NCBI GenBank assembly: GCA_017629115.1
Contig: JAGBXV010000050.1
Location: 1-38,871, forward strand
DNA length: 38,871 nucleotides
From: Clostridia bacterium
Lineage (GTDB): Bacteria > Bacillota > Clostridia > UBA1381 > UBA9506
Direction of reading: 5' to 3'
The notes beneath the pieces are model-generated. The model was not told the DNA's origin. It did not search any database and saw only the letters and a list, made by a program, of their open reading frames with translations. The position numbers and the translations under genes were made by a program. Within the stretch, counting starts at the first letter, position 1, and every line of letters begins with the position of its first letter. This document shows positions 10,762-18,600 of this stretch, piece by piece.

Positions 10762-11811
10762 TTATTCTTCTGTTTCTTCTGGTGCACCTGCTTCATTGAA
10801 TAGTATATCTCTTACTTCTTCATCTATTTTTGCAAGCATCTCGGGGTGTTCTTTTAAGAACTGTTTGGCATTCTCTCTGCCCTGACCAATGCGTTCTTCT
10901 TCGTAGCTGTACCACGCGCCGCCCTTTTGGACAATGCCTGTAGCCGCCGCAATATCTAAAATACAGCCGATTTTTGAAATACCCTCGCCGTACATAATAT
11001 CAAACTCTGCCTCTTTAAAGGGCGGAGCAACCTTGTTCTTTACAACCTTAACCTTTGTGCGGGCGCCTATTACTTCTGTGCCCTGCTTGATTAATTCCTG
11101 CTTTCTTACATCAAGGCGTACTGATGAGTAGAACTTAAGAGCTCGTCCGCCTGTTGTAACCTCGGGGTTTCCGTACATTACGCCAACCTTTTCACGAAGC
11201 TGGTTGATAAAAATTGCTACTGTATTTGTGCGGGCTATTACACCTGCCAACTTACGAAGCGCCTGACTCATAAGTCGTGCGTGCAAGCCAACATGGGAAT
11301 CACCCATTTCGCCCTCAATTTCTGACTTGGGAACGAGTGCCGCTACTGAGTCGATTACAATAACATCGATAGCGTTACTGCGTACAAGCATTTCTGCAAT
11401 TTCTAACGCCTGTTCTCCTGTGTCTGGCTGTGAAACAATCAATTCCTCAACATTTACGCCAAGCTTTTTAGCGTAAGCAGGGTCTAATGCGTGCTCAGCG
11501 TCAACAAAGGCTACTTCGCCACCTCGTGCCTGAGCCTCGGCAATAACATGGAGAGCTACTGTGGTTTTACCTGAGGATTCAGGTCCGTAAATTTCGATAA
11601 TTCTGCCCTTGGGAAGTCCGCCTATACCAAGTGCATAGTCAAGAGAGAGCGCACCTGTGGGCAATGCCTCTACCTGAAGATGTGCTCGCTCGCCCAGCTT
11701 CATAACAGAACCCTTACCGAAGTTTTTCTCTATCTGTAAGAGTGCAGCGTCCAAAGCCTCCTTTTTATCTCTATCAAATCCTATTGTCTTGTCCTGTGTT
11801 GCTTTAGCCAA
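10762..11811 (-). CDS. recA: recombinase RecA
   Basis: [47 protein letters not shown]. Confidence 0.99.
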   Translation of the reverse strand: MAKATQDKTIGFDRDKKEALDAALLQIEKNFGKGSVMKLGERAHLQVEALPTGALSLDYALGIGGLPKGRIIEIYGPESSGKTTVALHVIAEAQARGGEVAFVDAEHALDPAYAKKLGVNVEELIVSQPDTGEQALEIAEMLVRSNAIDVIVIDSVAALVPKSEIEGEMGDSHVGLHARLMSQALRKLAGVIARTNTVAIFINQLREKVGVMYGNPEVTTGGRALKFYSSVRLDVRKQELIKQGTEVIGARTKVKVVKNKVAPPFKEAEFDIMYGEGISKIGCILDIAAATGIVQKGGAWYSYEEERIGQGRENAKQFLKEHPEMLAKIDEEVRDILFNEAGAPEETEE

Positions 11812-11827
11812 TATTATTTCCTCCTTT

Positions 11828-11875
11828 AGAACATTTGTTCGATTAAATTATAACGAACTTTTTTGCCTTTGTCAA
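11828..11875 (-). promoter_or_regulatory. recA sigma-A promoter with LexA (SOS) box
   Basis: Minus-strand TTGACA (11870-11875)-17 bp-TATAAT (11847-11852); AGAACATTTGTTCG at 11828-11841 matches the Gram-positive GAAC-N4-GTTC box. Confidence 0.88.
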
Positions 11876-11883
11876 GGATATTT

Positions 11884-12348
11884 TTAAATTTGTAATCTAT
11901 TTTTAACTTCAGCAAAAACCGCTTCAACGGTAGATGCGCGCACCTGCGCTCTTGAACCTTTAAAAACACGGCGCACCACGGAAGTTTTTCCCTTATAGCA
12001 AACGCCCATATACACTAATCCTACAGGCTTTTCATCCGTTCCACCTGTGGGGCCTGCAATACCTGTTGCCGAAAGTCCTAGTTCTGCCCCGCTTACACGG
12101 CACACTCCCTCCGCCATTGCCCGAGCCACCTGTTCACTTACGGCACCGTATTCTTCTAAAAGCTTGCGGGGTACACCCAGATTTTTTTCCTTGGCTTGGT
12201 TACTGTAGGTCACATAGCCTTCAGAAAAAATCTCCGACACACCGTTTGCATCACCTATACGGGCGGCAATCAGCCCTGCGGTACAGGACTCTGCCGTAGC
12301 AACTGTAATTTTGTTTTCAATAAGATGAGCTAAAACCTTATCTATCAT
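11884..12348 (-). CDS. cinA: CinA C-terminal domain protein (PncC-like NMN deamidase)
   Basis: TAESCTAG, YSNQAK, GAVSEQVARAMAEG, TGIAGPTGG..KPVGLV; upstream of recA. Confidence 0.88.
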   Translation of the reverse strand: MIDKVLAHLIENKITVATAESCTAGLIAARIGDANGVSEIFSEGYVTYSNQAKEKNLGVPRKLLEEYGAVSEQVARAMAEGVCRVSGAELGLSATGIAGPTGGTDEKPVGLVYMGVCYKGKTSVVRRVFKGSRAQVRASTVEAVFAEVKNRLQI

Positions 12349-12848
12349 AAATTGATATTCCTCGGATTGTATTTTTTCATATTTGAAAGGATTTTTTCAG
12401 GGGGCTGGAACAAAAGTCTGTATCTCACTCCACCCTGAGTGAAGTCCGCATAGTATTTTCCTCGGCGGCTTTCGTCGTATATTGCATAAATTTCTTCACG
12501 GTCTGACATATTTTCGCCGTTGTAGGGAGCCATATATTCAATATTTCTGCATAAAACGGTTGCAAGATTTTTTCTTTTCAGTCTGCCCTTAATAATATCA
12601 ATATCAAGCTGTCCGTTTGTGAATATATACTCATATTCAATGGAAAAGTTTCGGCGCAAAAGCACTGTGCCGTAAATTGCACCGCCCCATATAGGCGGCA
12701 CCAGCCAGATAAAACCCACAAAAATAAACAAACAAGCATATAAACTCGCAAGGCACACAAGTATGCACGCAGGTATTAAAAGCATACGCTTTATTTTATC
12801 TGATGCAGATTTTTTTGCAACCAGATATTCCAAAAATATGTCCATCAT
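12345..12848 (-). CDS. conserved membrane protein (DUF6106-like)
   Basis: Two N-terminal TM segments followed by IEYEYIFTNG.LDID.I; overlaps both neighbours. Confidence 0.7.
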   Translation of the reverse strand: MMDIFLEYLVAKKSASDKIKRMLLIPACILVCLASLYACLFIFVGFIWLVPPIWGGAIYGTVLLRRNFSIEYEYIFTNGQLDIDIIKGRLKRKNLATVLCRNIEYMAPYNGENMSDREEIYAIYDESRRGKYYADFTQGGVRYRLLFQPPEKILSNMKKYNPRNINL

Positions 12849-13387
12849 TTTAAATCACCTTTTTCGTAAATTTTCTCGTCAGTTACTATATAATCAAGCT
12901 CTCTATCATATTCATCGGGCGTAATGAGAGATTCTTGTTCACTAAAAAACACGCCGCAGCTTACGGCATTAATCTGTGCCAAAAATCTGTCGTAATACCC
13001 TGCGCCGTAGCCTAAACGGTGCATATTTTTGCCAAAGGCTACCCCAGGCACAATAACAAGGTCAATATCTGTGACCCTCTTACCCACAGGCTCTGATATT
13101 CCGTATGTCCCTGCAACACACTCATCTATGGAATGAAATTCCCTTGCCTCTAAGGTGTGCTTATCCACACACACAGGTGCGCACAGTTTTTTGCCATCTG
13201 AAAGCATTTTTTGAATTAATCCTGCGGTTTTCACCTCGCTGCCAAAGGACATATAAACCATTATGCTCTGAGCCTTTTTGTAAAAGTCGCAGTTTGTCAG
13301 CATTTCGGCTATCTTATTACTTTTTTGCTCTTTATCTTTAATGCCGTCACGAATTTTTAGCATTCTTTTGCGGAGTTCTTTTTTCAT
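12845..13387 (-). CDS. 5-formyltetrahydrofolate cyclo-ligase
   Basis: MKKELRK start overlapping the ymdB stop; DLVIVPGVAF...RLGYGAGYYDRFL. Confidence 0.92.
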   Translation of the reverse strand: MKKELRKRMLKIRDGIKDKEQKSNKIAEMLTNCDFYKKAQSIMVYMSFGSEVKTAGLIQKMLSDGKKLCAPVCVDKHTLEAREFHSIDECVAGTYGISEPVGKRVTDIDLVIVPGVAFGKNMHRLGYGAGYYDRFLAQINAVSCGVFFSEQESLITPDEYDRELDYIVTDEKIYEKGDLK

Positions 13388-14166
13388 ACGGCTTCCCCCG
13401 GAAGGACAGTAAAACTTTGCGCCGATGTGCATTTGCCTGTTTTTTCATCCACGCAGAACACCGCACCGGATATATTTGCAGCAGAATCAGCAAATTCAAA
13501 TCTGCTCTGCGAGCATTTGACGAATCTGTCAATCACAATGTTTTTGTCAACGCCTAAGCAGGAGTGATAAGGCCCTGTCATGCCTACATCTGTAATGTAG
13601 CCGCAACCCTTTGGCAGGATTTGTGCATCGGCTGTTTGCACATGGGTGTGCGTGCCGAAAACAACGGAGGCAATGCCGTCTAAATAAAAGCCCATTGCAC
13701 GCTTTTCGCTGGTGGCTTCCGCATGAAAATCTACTATTTTAATATGAGCATCACTCTTTTCAAGAGCGCTCTTTAACTCTCTGAAGGGGCAGTCAACATT
13801 TTCAAGATACACTCTGCCCAAGGCGTTTGCAACCAAAATTTTAACGCTGTTTTTTTCAACAACGCAACTTCCATTGCCCACTGTTTCCGGCGGATAATTT
13901 ATAGGGCGCACGATACGCTCATTATGGGCTAAAAGGGTGTAGGCATCTTTTTGCCTGAAGGTATGATTTCCAAGAGTTAAAACATCAGCGCCGGCTGAAA
14001 GGAGTGCTTCTGCCTTTCTTCTGGAAATGCCGTTTGCACTGCAAGCGTTTTCCGCATTGATTATGCAAAAATCTATCTGATATTTTCTTTTGAGTGCGTC
14101 TAAATTGTCCAAAACCGCGTCGGTTCCTCTGTCACCGACCACATCACCTATTACTAAAATATTCAT
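13384..14166 (-). CDS. ymdB: YmdB-family metallophosphoesterase
   Basis: IGDVVG, NAEN, TLGNH, DFHAEATSEK, GTHTHVQTAD, TDVGMTGP. Confidence 0.93.
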   Translation of the reverse strand: MNILVIGDVVGDRGTDAVLDNLDALKRKYQIDFCIINAENACSANGISRRKAEALLSAGADVLTLGNHTFRQKDAYTLLAHNERIVRPINYPPETVGNGSCVVEKNSVKILVANALGRVYLENVDCPFRELKSALEKSDAHIKIVDFHAEATSEKRAMGFYLDGIASVVFGTHTHVQTADAQILPKGCGYITDVGMTGPYHSCLGVDKNIVIDRFVKCSQSRFEFADSAANISGAVFCVDEKTGKCTSAQSFTVLPGEAV

Positions 14167-14179
14167 AACAATTACCTTC

Positions 14180-15328
14180 CTAAGCTCTTGTAAAGCGCGA
14201 AAGAGCAGCCGCTTCTTTAACTAAAATTTCGCAAAAAGCACTAACTTCATCAATATCTGTGTGAGCGCCAAAGCTGACACGGATTGTTTCTTCGATGTGT
14301 TTTCTATCAAATCCCTGCGCCAGCAAAACATGAGAGGGTGCAGGCTTGTTTGTAGAACAGGCAGAACCTGCCGAAATACATATATCATAGTTTTCCAAAG
14401 CGTGCAACAGCACCTCCGAGCGTACATTTTTGACCCTTATGCTCGCTATGTGAGATGAGTACTTTTCGCCGGGGTTGTTTATCTGGATTCCTTCTTCACC
14501 CGAAAGCTTTTGTATAAGCTCTTCCTTTAAGGCGTAAAGGCTCATCATTTTTTGTGAAAAAGTTTTCTCTACTATTTCTGCCGCTTTTGCAAACCCTACT
14601 ATTCCCGGTACATTTTCCGTACCCGAGCGCAGATTCTTTTGCTGGTGTCCGCCCAAAATCAGGGGCAGTACCCTGACTTTGTCACGGATATATAAACCGC
14701 CTACGCCTTTTGGACCGCAAATCTTGTGGGCAGAAAGGGATATTGCGTCAACTCCCCATTTGTCAACAGAAATTCTGATGTTGCCCATCGCCTGAACACA
14801 GTCAGAATGTACTACAATGTCGGGGTTTTTTTCCTTTACTTTTTTTGCTATATCTGCTATGGGGTTTATGGCGCCTGTTTCGTTGTTTACCGCCATTATG
14901 GATACAATTTTCGTGTTATCACGGACAGCTTCTGCCACATCGCTTGCCGATATAACGCCCGCGGAGTCGGGAGCAATGTATGTGACCTCACAACCTTGCG
15001 CCTCTAAATCACGAACAGCCTCCAAGACAGATGGGTGTTCGATTGCCGAGGTTATAATGTGGGGACATCTTTTGATTGCATTTTTTAAAACGCCATAAAA
15101 AATCTGGTTGTTGCTTTCTGTTCCCCCTGAGGTAAAGACAAAATTTCCCGATTTTGCGCCTATTGCACGCATTATGGTTTCCTTTGCCTCGGAAAGCTTT
15201 TTTTCGCACATATAGCCCGCCGAGTGCTGTGACGAGGGATTGGCAAAAAAGTCTTTATTCATTTGGCTAATTAGCTCTATAACCTCATCGTACGGACGGG
15301 TTGTGGCTGCATTATCAAGATAAATCAT
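14180..15328 (-). CDS. cysteine desulfurase (IscS/NifS family)
   Basis: YLDNAATT, FTSGGTESNN, EHPSV, SAHKICGPKGVG, SAGSACS. Confidence 0.93.
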   Translation of the reverse strand: MIYLDNAATTRPYDEVIELISQMNKDFFANPSSQHSAGYMCEKKLSEAKETIMRAIGAKSGNFVFTSGGTESNNQIFYGVLKNAIKRCPHIITSAIEHPSVLEAVRDLEAQGCEVTYIAPDSAGVISASDVAEAVRDNTKIVSIMAVNNETGAINPIADIAKKVKEKNPDIVVHSDCVQAMGNIRISVDKWGVDAISLSAHKICGPKGVGGLYIRDKVRVLPLILGGHQQKNLRSGTENVPGIVGFAKAAEIVEKTFSQKMMSLYALKEELIQKLSGEEGIQINNPGEKYSSHIASIRVKNVRSEVLLHALENYDICISAGSACSTNKPAPSHVLLAQGFDRKHIEETIRVSFGAHTDIDEVSAFCEILVKEAAALSRFTRA

Positions 15329-15825
15329 ACTTTTATTCTGTCTCCTACCAGTTTTAGCATATACTTAATTATAACAAATTTTACAGGAATCATAGCGGCG
15401 GCGTCAATTGCCCTTGCACCGAGCGATGCCCAAAAGGGCGCGCCTGCGTGGAGGTTGTACCACACGGCTCCCAAAAACGCGTCAATAAATACTGCCTGAA
15501 AAACTACACATACTATAAGTGCGCGGGAGCTTTGCTTTCTTTTATAAAAGAAAAATCCATAGCTAAGTCCGTAAAGCGCCTGACTGACACAAAAGCCCAG
15601 CCAGGGGAATCCCCCCGACATAAGCATACCTAAAACATCGGCAATTACGGCAAGTGCCGCCCCTGTTACAGGTCCGAAAAGGTACGCCCCAAGCACCACA
15701 GGGACAAAGTTAAAGCCTATGCGCACCACGCCGATGTTGATTGACAAAAGGCGTGTGATTACAATGTTCAGCGCAACTAAAATTGCACCATAAACAAGTG
15801 TTTTGGTTGTGAGTTTTGTTTTCAT
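15325..15825 (-). CDS. folT: folate ECF transporter S component
   Basis: Hydrophobic ECF S-component pattern (RIGFNFVP...GP..G...AD..G); THF riboswitch upstream. Confidence 0.87.
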   Translation of the reverse strand: MKTKLTTKTLVYGAILVALNIVITRLLSINIGVVRIGFNFVPVVLGAYLFGPVTGAALAVIADVLGMLMSGGFPWLGFCVSQALYGLSYGFFFYKRKQSSRALIVCVVFQAVFIDAFLGAVWYNLHAGAPFWASLGARAIDAAAMIPVKFVIIKYMLKLVGDRIKV

Positions 15826-15882
15826 ACCAATCATCCTTTCGAAAAATAAAATGTTTGCCGCAAAGAATGTTTGGCATAATTT

Positions 15883-16026
15883 GCAGCAGCGGAATGCGGA
15901 AAAGACACCGCAAGAGACTTTAAAAAAATGTTCAGAATGAACAAACAGGACATTTTTTCATTCTCTTTTCGTGCTCAGGACAACTTCCCGTTCCTGTGCC
16001 ACTTAACGCGTCAGTTCCTACTCTGC
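15883..16026 (-). ncRNA. THF (tetrahydrofolate) riboswitch
   Basis: Minus strand reads GCAGAGTAGG...GCGTTAAGTG...GGGAAGTTG...ACGAAAAG...TTGCGGT...CCGCATTCCGCTGC, matching conserved THF-I elements, upstream of folT. Confidence 0.9.
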
Positions 16027-16120
16027 GTAAAATATAATTTACTTACTTATTATATATTTTTTGTGCAGTTTTGTCTACCTTATTTGTGAAAATTTAACTG
16101 TATTTTTAAAAATAACAATA

Positions 16121-16149
16121 TTGACAAAATGCACCCGATATAGTATTAT
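16121..16149 (+). promoter_or_regulatory. sigma-A promoter for the glycosyltransferase
   Basis: TTGACA-17 bp-TATTAT. Confidence 0.7.
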
Positions 16150-16199
16150 GATAGGTAGTAATAGTATAGCAAAATACTGTTTTTAGGAGAATGTTTTTT

Positions 16200-17456
16200 A
16201 TGAATTATGAGATCGTAAATTATCTTAGTTATGTCTTTGCTCTTATATTCATGGCGTGTATCGGTTATCAGTTTGTTTATATATTCATTCCTTTTTTAAA
16301 GGGTGGCATAAAATACAAAGCTAAGAAAATGTGTAAGTATGCTGTGTTGATTCCTGCCCGTAACGAGGAAAAAGTTATCCCGCACTTAATCGCCAGCATT
16401 AAAGGACAGACCTATCCTGCTGAGCTTATTGATATTTTTGTTATTGCGGATAACTGTACCGACTCAACAGCCGAAGTTTCCAGAAAAGCAGGTGCTTTTC
16501 ATGTTATCGAACGCTTTAACAAAGAATTAGTAGGTAAGGGCTACGCTCTTGACTATGCTTTTAACCTTATTAAAGAGAAATTTCCCGAAAATAGATATGA
16601 GGGGTATTTCGTTTTTGATGCGGACAACCTTTTGGACGAAAATTATATTGCCGAGATGAACAAGATGTTTTCATCCGGCCACAGAGTACTTACCAGCTAC
16701 CGTAACACCAAAAACTACGGCACAAGCTGGGTATCAGCAGGCGGCTCATTGTGGTATTTAAGAGAATCAAGATTTTTAAATCACCCGAGAACACTTATGA
16801 ACACAAGCTGCGCTATTTCCGGCACGGGATTTTTGGTGCATCACGAAATTCTTGAAAAATTCGGCGGTTGGAAATTCTTCCTTTTAACTGAGGATATTGA
16901 ATTTTCATTGCAACAGGTTTTAGACGGCGAAAGAATTGCCTACTGCGACAAAGCCGTTCTTTACGATGAACAGCCTGTTAAATTCAGTCAGTCATGGCGC
17001 CAGAGAATGAGATGGACAAAAGGTTCTATGCAGGTTACAAGAAAGTATTTCTTCAAAATGGTTAAAGGACTCTTTACCGGCAAAGGCTTTGCTTGCTTTG
17101 ATCTGGCGGTATCTACTATGATTCCCCTTATGCTTACAATTATTTCGGGATTTGCTATGGCAGCGTTCTTCATCATATTCTTAATAATGGGACTTGATGT
17201 AACAGCTCTTATCAGAATGCTTTTGGATACAGGTATAAACTCGTACTTTATGCTTTTGGCAATCGGACTTGTGTCAATCATCAGCGAATGGGATAAAATA
17301 TATGCCCCCATTCATAAGAAAATCCTGTATACTTTCACATTCCCCATATTTATGTTTTCGTATATTCCGATTACCTTTGTGGCGTTGTTCTCAAGGGATT
17401 TCAGTTGGAAACCTATAATTCACGATCAGGTAAAGACATTAGACGATGTTAGATAA
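16200..17456 (+). CDS. GT2 family membrane glycosyltransferase (processive type)
   Basis: IPARNEE, ADNCTD, GKGYAL, DADN, TED, QRMRW (QxxRW) and C-terminal TM helices. Confidence 0.9.
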   Translation: MNYEIVNYLSYVFALIFMACIGYQFVYIFIPFLKGGIKYKAKKMCKYAVLIPARNEEKVIPHLIASIKGQTYPAELIDIFVIADNCTDSTAEVSRKAGAFHVIERFNKELVGKGYALDYAFNLIKEKFPENRYEGYFVFDADNLLDENYIAEMNKMFSSGHRVLTSYRNTKNYGTSWVSAGGSLWYLRESRFLNHPRTLMNTSCAISGTGFLVHHEILEKFGGWKFFLLTEDIEFSLQQVLDGERIAYCDKAVLYDEQPVKFSQSWRQRMRWTKGSMQVTRKYFFKMVKGLFTGKGFACFDLAVSTMIPLMLTIISGFAMAAFFIIFLIMGLDVTALIRMLLDTGINSYFMLLAIGLVSIISEWDKIYAPIHKKILYTFTFPIFMFSYIPITFVALFSRDFSWKPIIHDQVKTLDDVR

Positions 17457-17516
17457 CTATCGACAGGTGAAAAAGACACAGACCATCAAAAGGTAAAAAC
17501 AACAAATTTAACATCA

Positions 17517-17558
17517 AATAAAGAAAGAACTCAGCAGTTGCTGAGTTCTTTCTTTATT
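17517..17558. terminator. bidirectional intrinsic terminator
   Basis: 19-bp perfect inverted repeat aataaagaaagaactcagc-agtt-gctgagttctttctttatt. Confidence 0.88.
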
Positions 17559-17561
17559 CAT

Positions 17562-17882
17562 TTAGATATACAGTCCGTCTTTAGCGCAGGCTGTAAATGT
17601 CAAAACATAATATTTGTCCTGACAGATTTCGTCCTCATCAAAGTTCAAAAGCTCCTGCGGGCAGGCGTGAATCCACACAAAGTCCTTGGTTAACACTTCA
17701 GCAGTAAAGGCGTCAAAAAAATGGTTTCTTTTAAAACCTTTGATTGTAAAAATAATATTTTTGTTTTGAGCACGGGCGGTAAGGATTTCTTTTTCAACGC
17801 AGGCGTTCATTTGGGCATAAGTTAAGTCGTAGTGTTCACAGACCTTGGTTATATAAGTATACAGCAAGGTGTTTTCGGTCAT
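17562..17882 (-). CDS. hypothetical protein, 106 aa (cassette copy 1; paralogue of 26331-26642)
   Basis: AAGGAGA RBS then MTENTLLYTY; about 61 of 103 aligned residues identical to the second copy. Confidence 0.85.
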   Translation of the reverse strand: MTENTLLYTYITKVCEHYDLTYAQMNACVEKEILTARAQNKNIIFTIKGFKRNHFFDAFTAEVLTKDFVWIHACPQELLNFDEDEICQDKYYVLTFTACAKDGLYI

Positions 17883-17906
17883 AGCAAATCTCCTTTTATC
17901 AAAATT

Positions 17907-18065
17907 AAAAAAGGGTACACAGTCAAAACTGTGTACCCTTAAAACGCCAGCTCTGACTTTCTGCGACAAAAGTTTTTACACAATCTTTTACAGACCAATG
18001 TAAACCAGAGCCGCGTTTTTAACAAACGCAGCTTAGTCTGTAAAATAGATTTAACTTTTGTCGCA
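17907..18065 (-). ncRNA. putative structured leader/small RNA ending in an intrinsic terminator (cassette copy 1)
   Basis: TTGTTT-17-TGnTAAAAT promoter at 18071-18099; 14-bp stem ctgcgacaaaagtt/aacttttgtcgcag, nested stems, then hairpin aagggtacacagt/actgtgtaccctt followed by a U-run. Confidence 0.6.
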
Positions 18066-18125
18066 GGACTATTTTATCATAATCTATTATAAAAAACAAT
18101 ATTCTTTTTATAATGTGACAAAAGT

Positions 18126-18497
18126 TTTTCAGCTGGAGCTTCATATTTAGCCATACATTAATAGTTCTAAGTATTTACTTTTTGAAAAAAGTAACAAAAC
18201 CACAGGGGGCGGTCGAGGCCCCCTGTACCCCCCGACCGGGGATACCCCGGACCCCGCGCGTATCTTTAGTACACTCCCTCCTATCTTAACATTAGGGAGT
18301 GTACTAATATAGTGGCTGTATGTTCGCACTTTCTTAACTTTGAGCGAGGGGTTTTTAGGGGCGAAGCCCCTGAATCGTTGTTTAGGGGGGTACGGGGAGA
18401 GTTTCGAAACCCCCCGCCGCGGTTTTGGGTACTTTTGCCGCGACAAAAGTGCCCCTCACGGAGTGACCAAACAAAATGTACGGCACACAAAGTATAG
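18126..18497. repeat. 372-bp GC-rich fold-back element (cassette copy 1)
   Basis: Ungapped alignment to 26903-27274 with about 25 mismatches; many hairpins and an imperfect terminal inverted repeat. Confidence 0.9.
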
Positions 18498-18600
18498 CAT
18501 AAATCAGAAAAACTAAAACCATAAAACAACTCCCTCGCAGGGAGAGAGCCAAACAAAAAAGAGCCCGGGCGCACCCGAACTCTTTTATCCATTTTAAATC

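Noticed and set aside
17883-17969. 29-aa N-terminal extension of the copy 1 protein in the ORF track
   Set aside because: The paralogue alignment and the AAGGAGA RBS place the start at 17882; the extension runs through the terminator.
17907-18065. Cassette RNA as 6S RNA, T-box, retron msr/msd or CRISPR/tracrRNA
   Set aside because: No T-box antiterminator bulge, no 6S-type central bubble with closing ends, no reverse transcriptase or cas gene, and no repeat-spacer array anywhere in the window.
18314-18326. Possible LexA box (..tatgttcg) inside the conserved element
   Set aside because: Only the GTTC half-site is present in both copies; the GAAC half is missing.
18147-18592. ORFs of 61-103 aa across the fold-back element (and 26875-27347 in copy 2)
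   Set aside because: No RBS, Pro/Gly/Arg-rich translations typical of GC palindromes, overlapping on both strands, and most are not preserved at the same length in the other copy; treated as non-coding.
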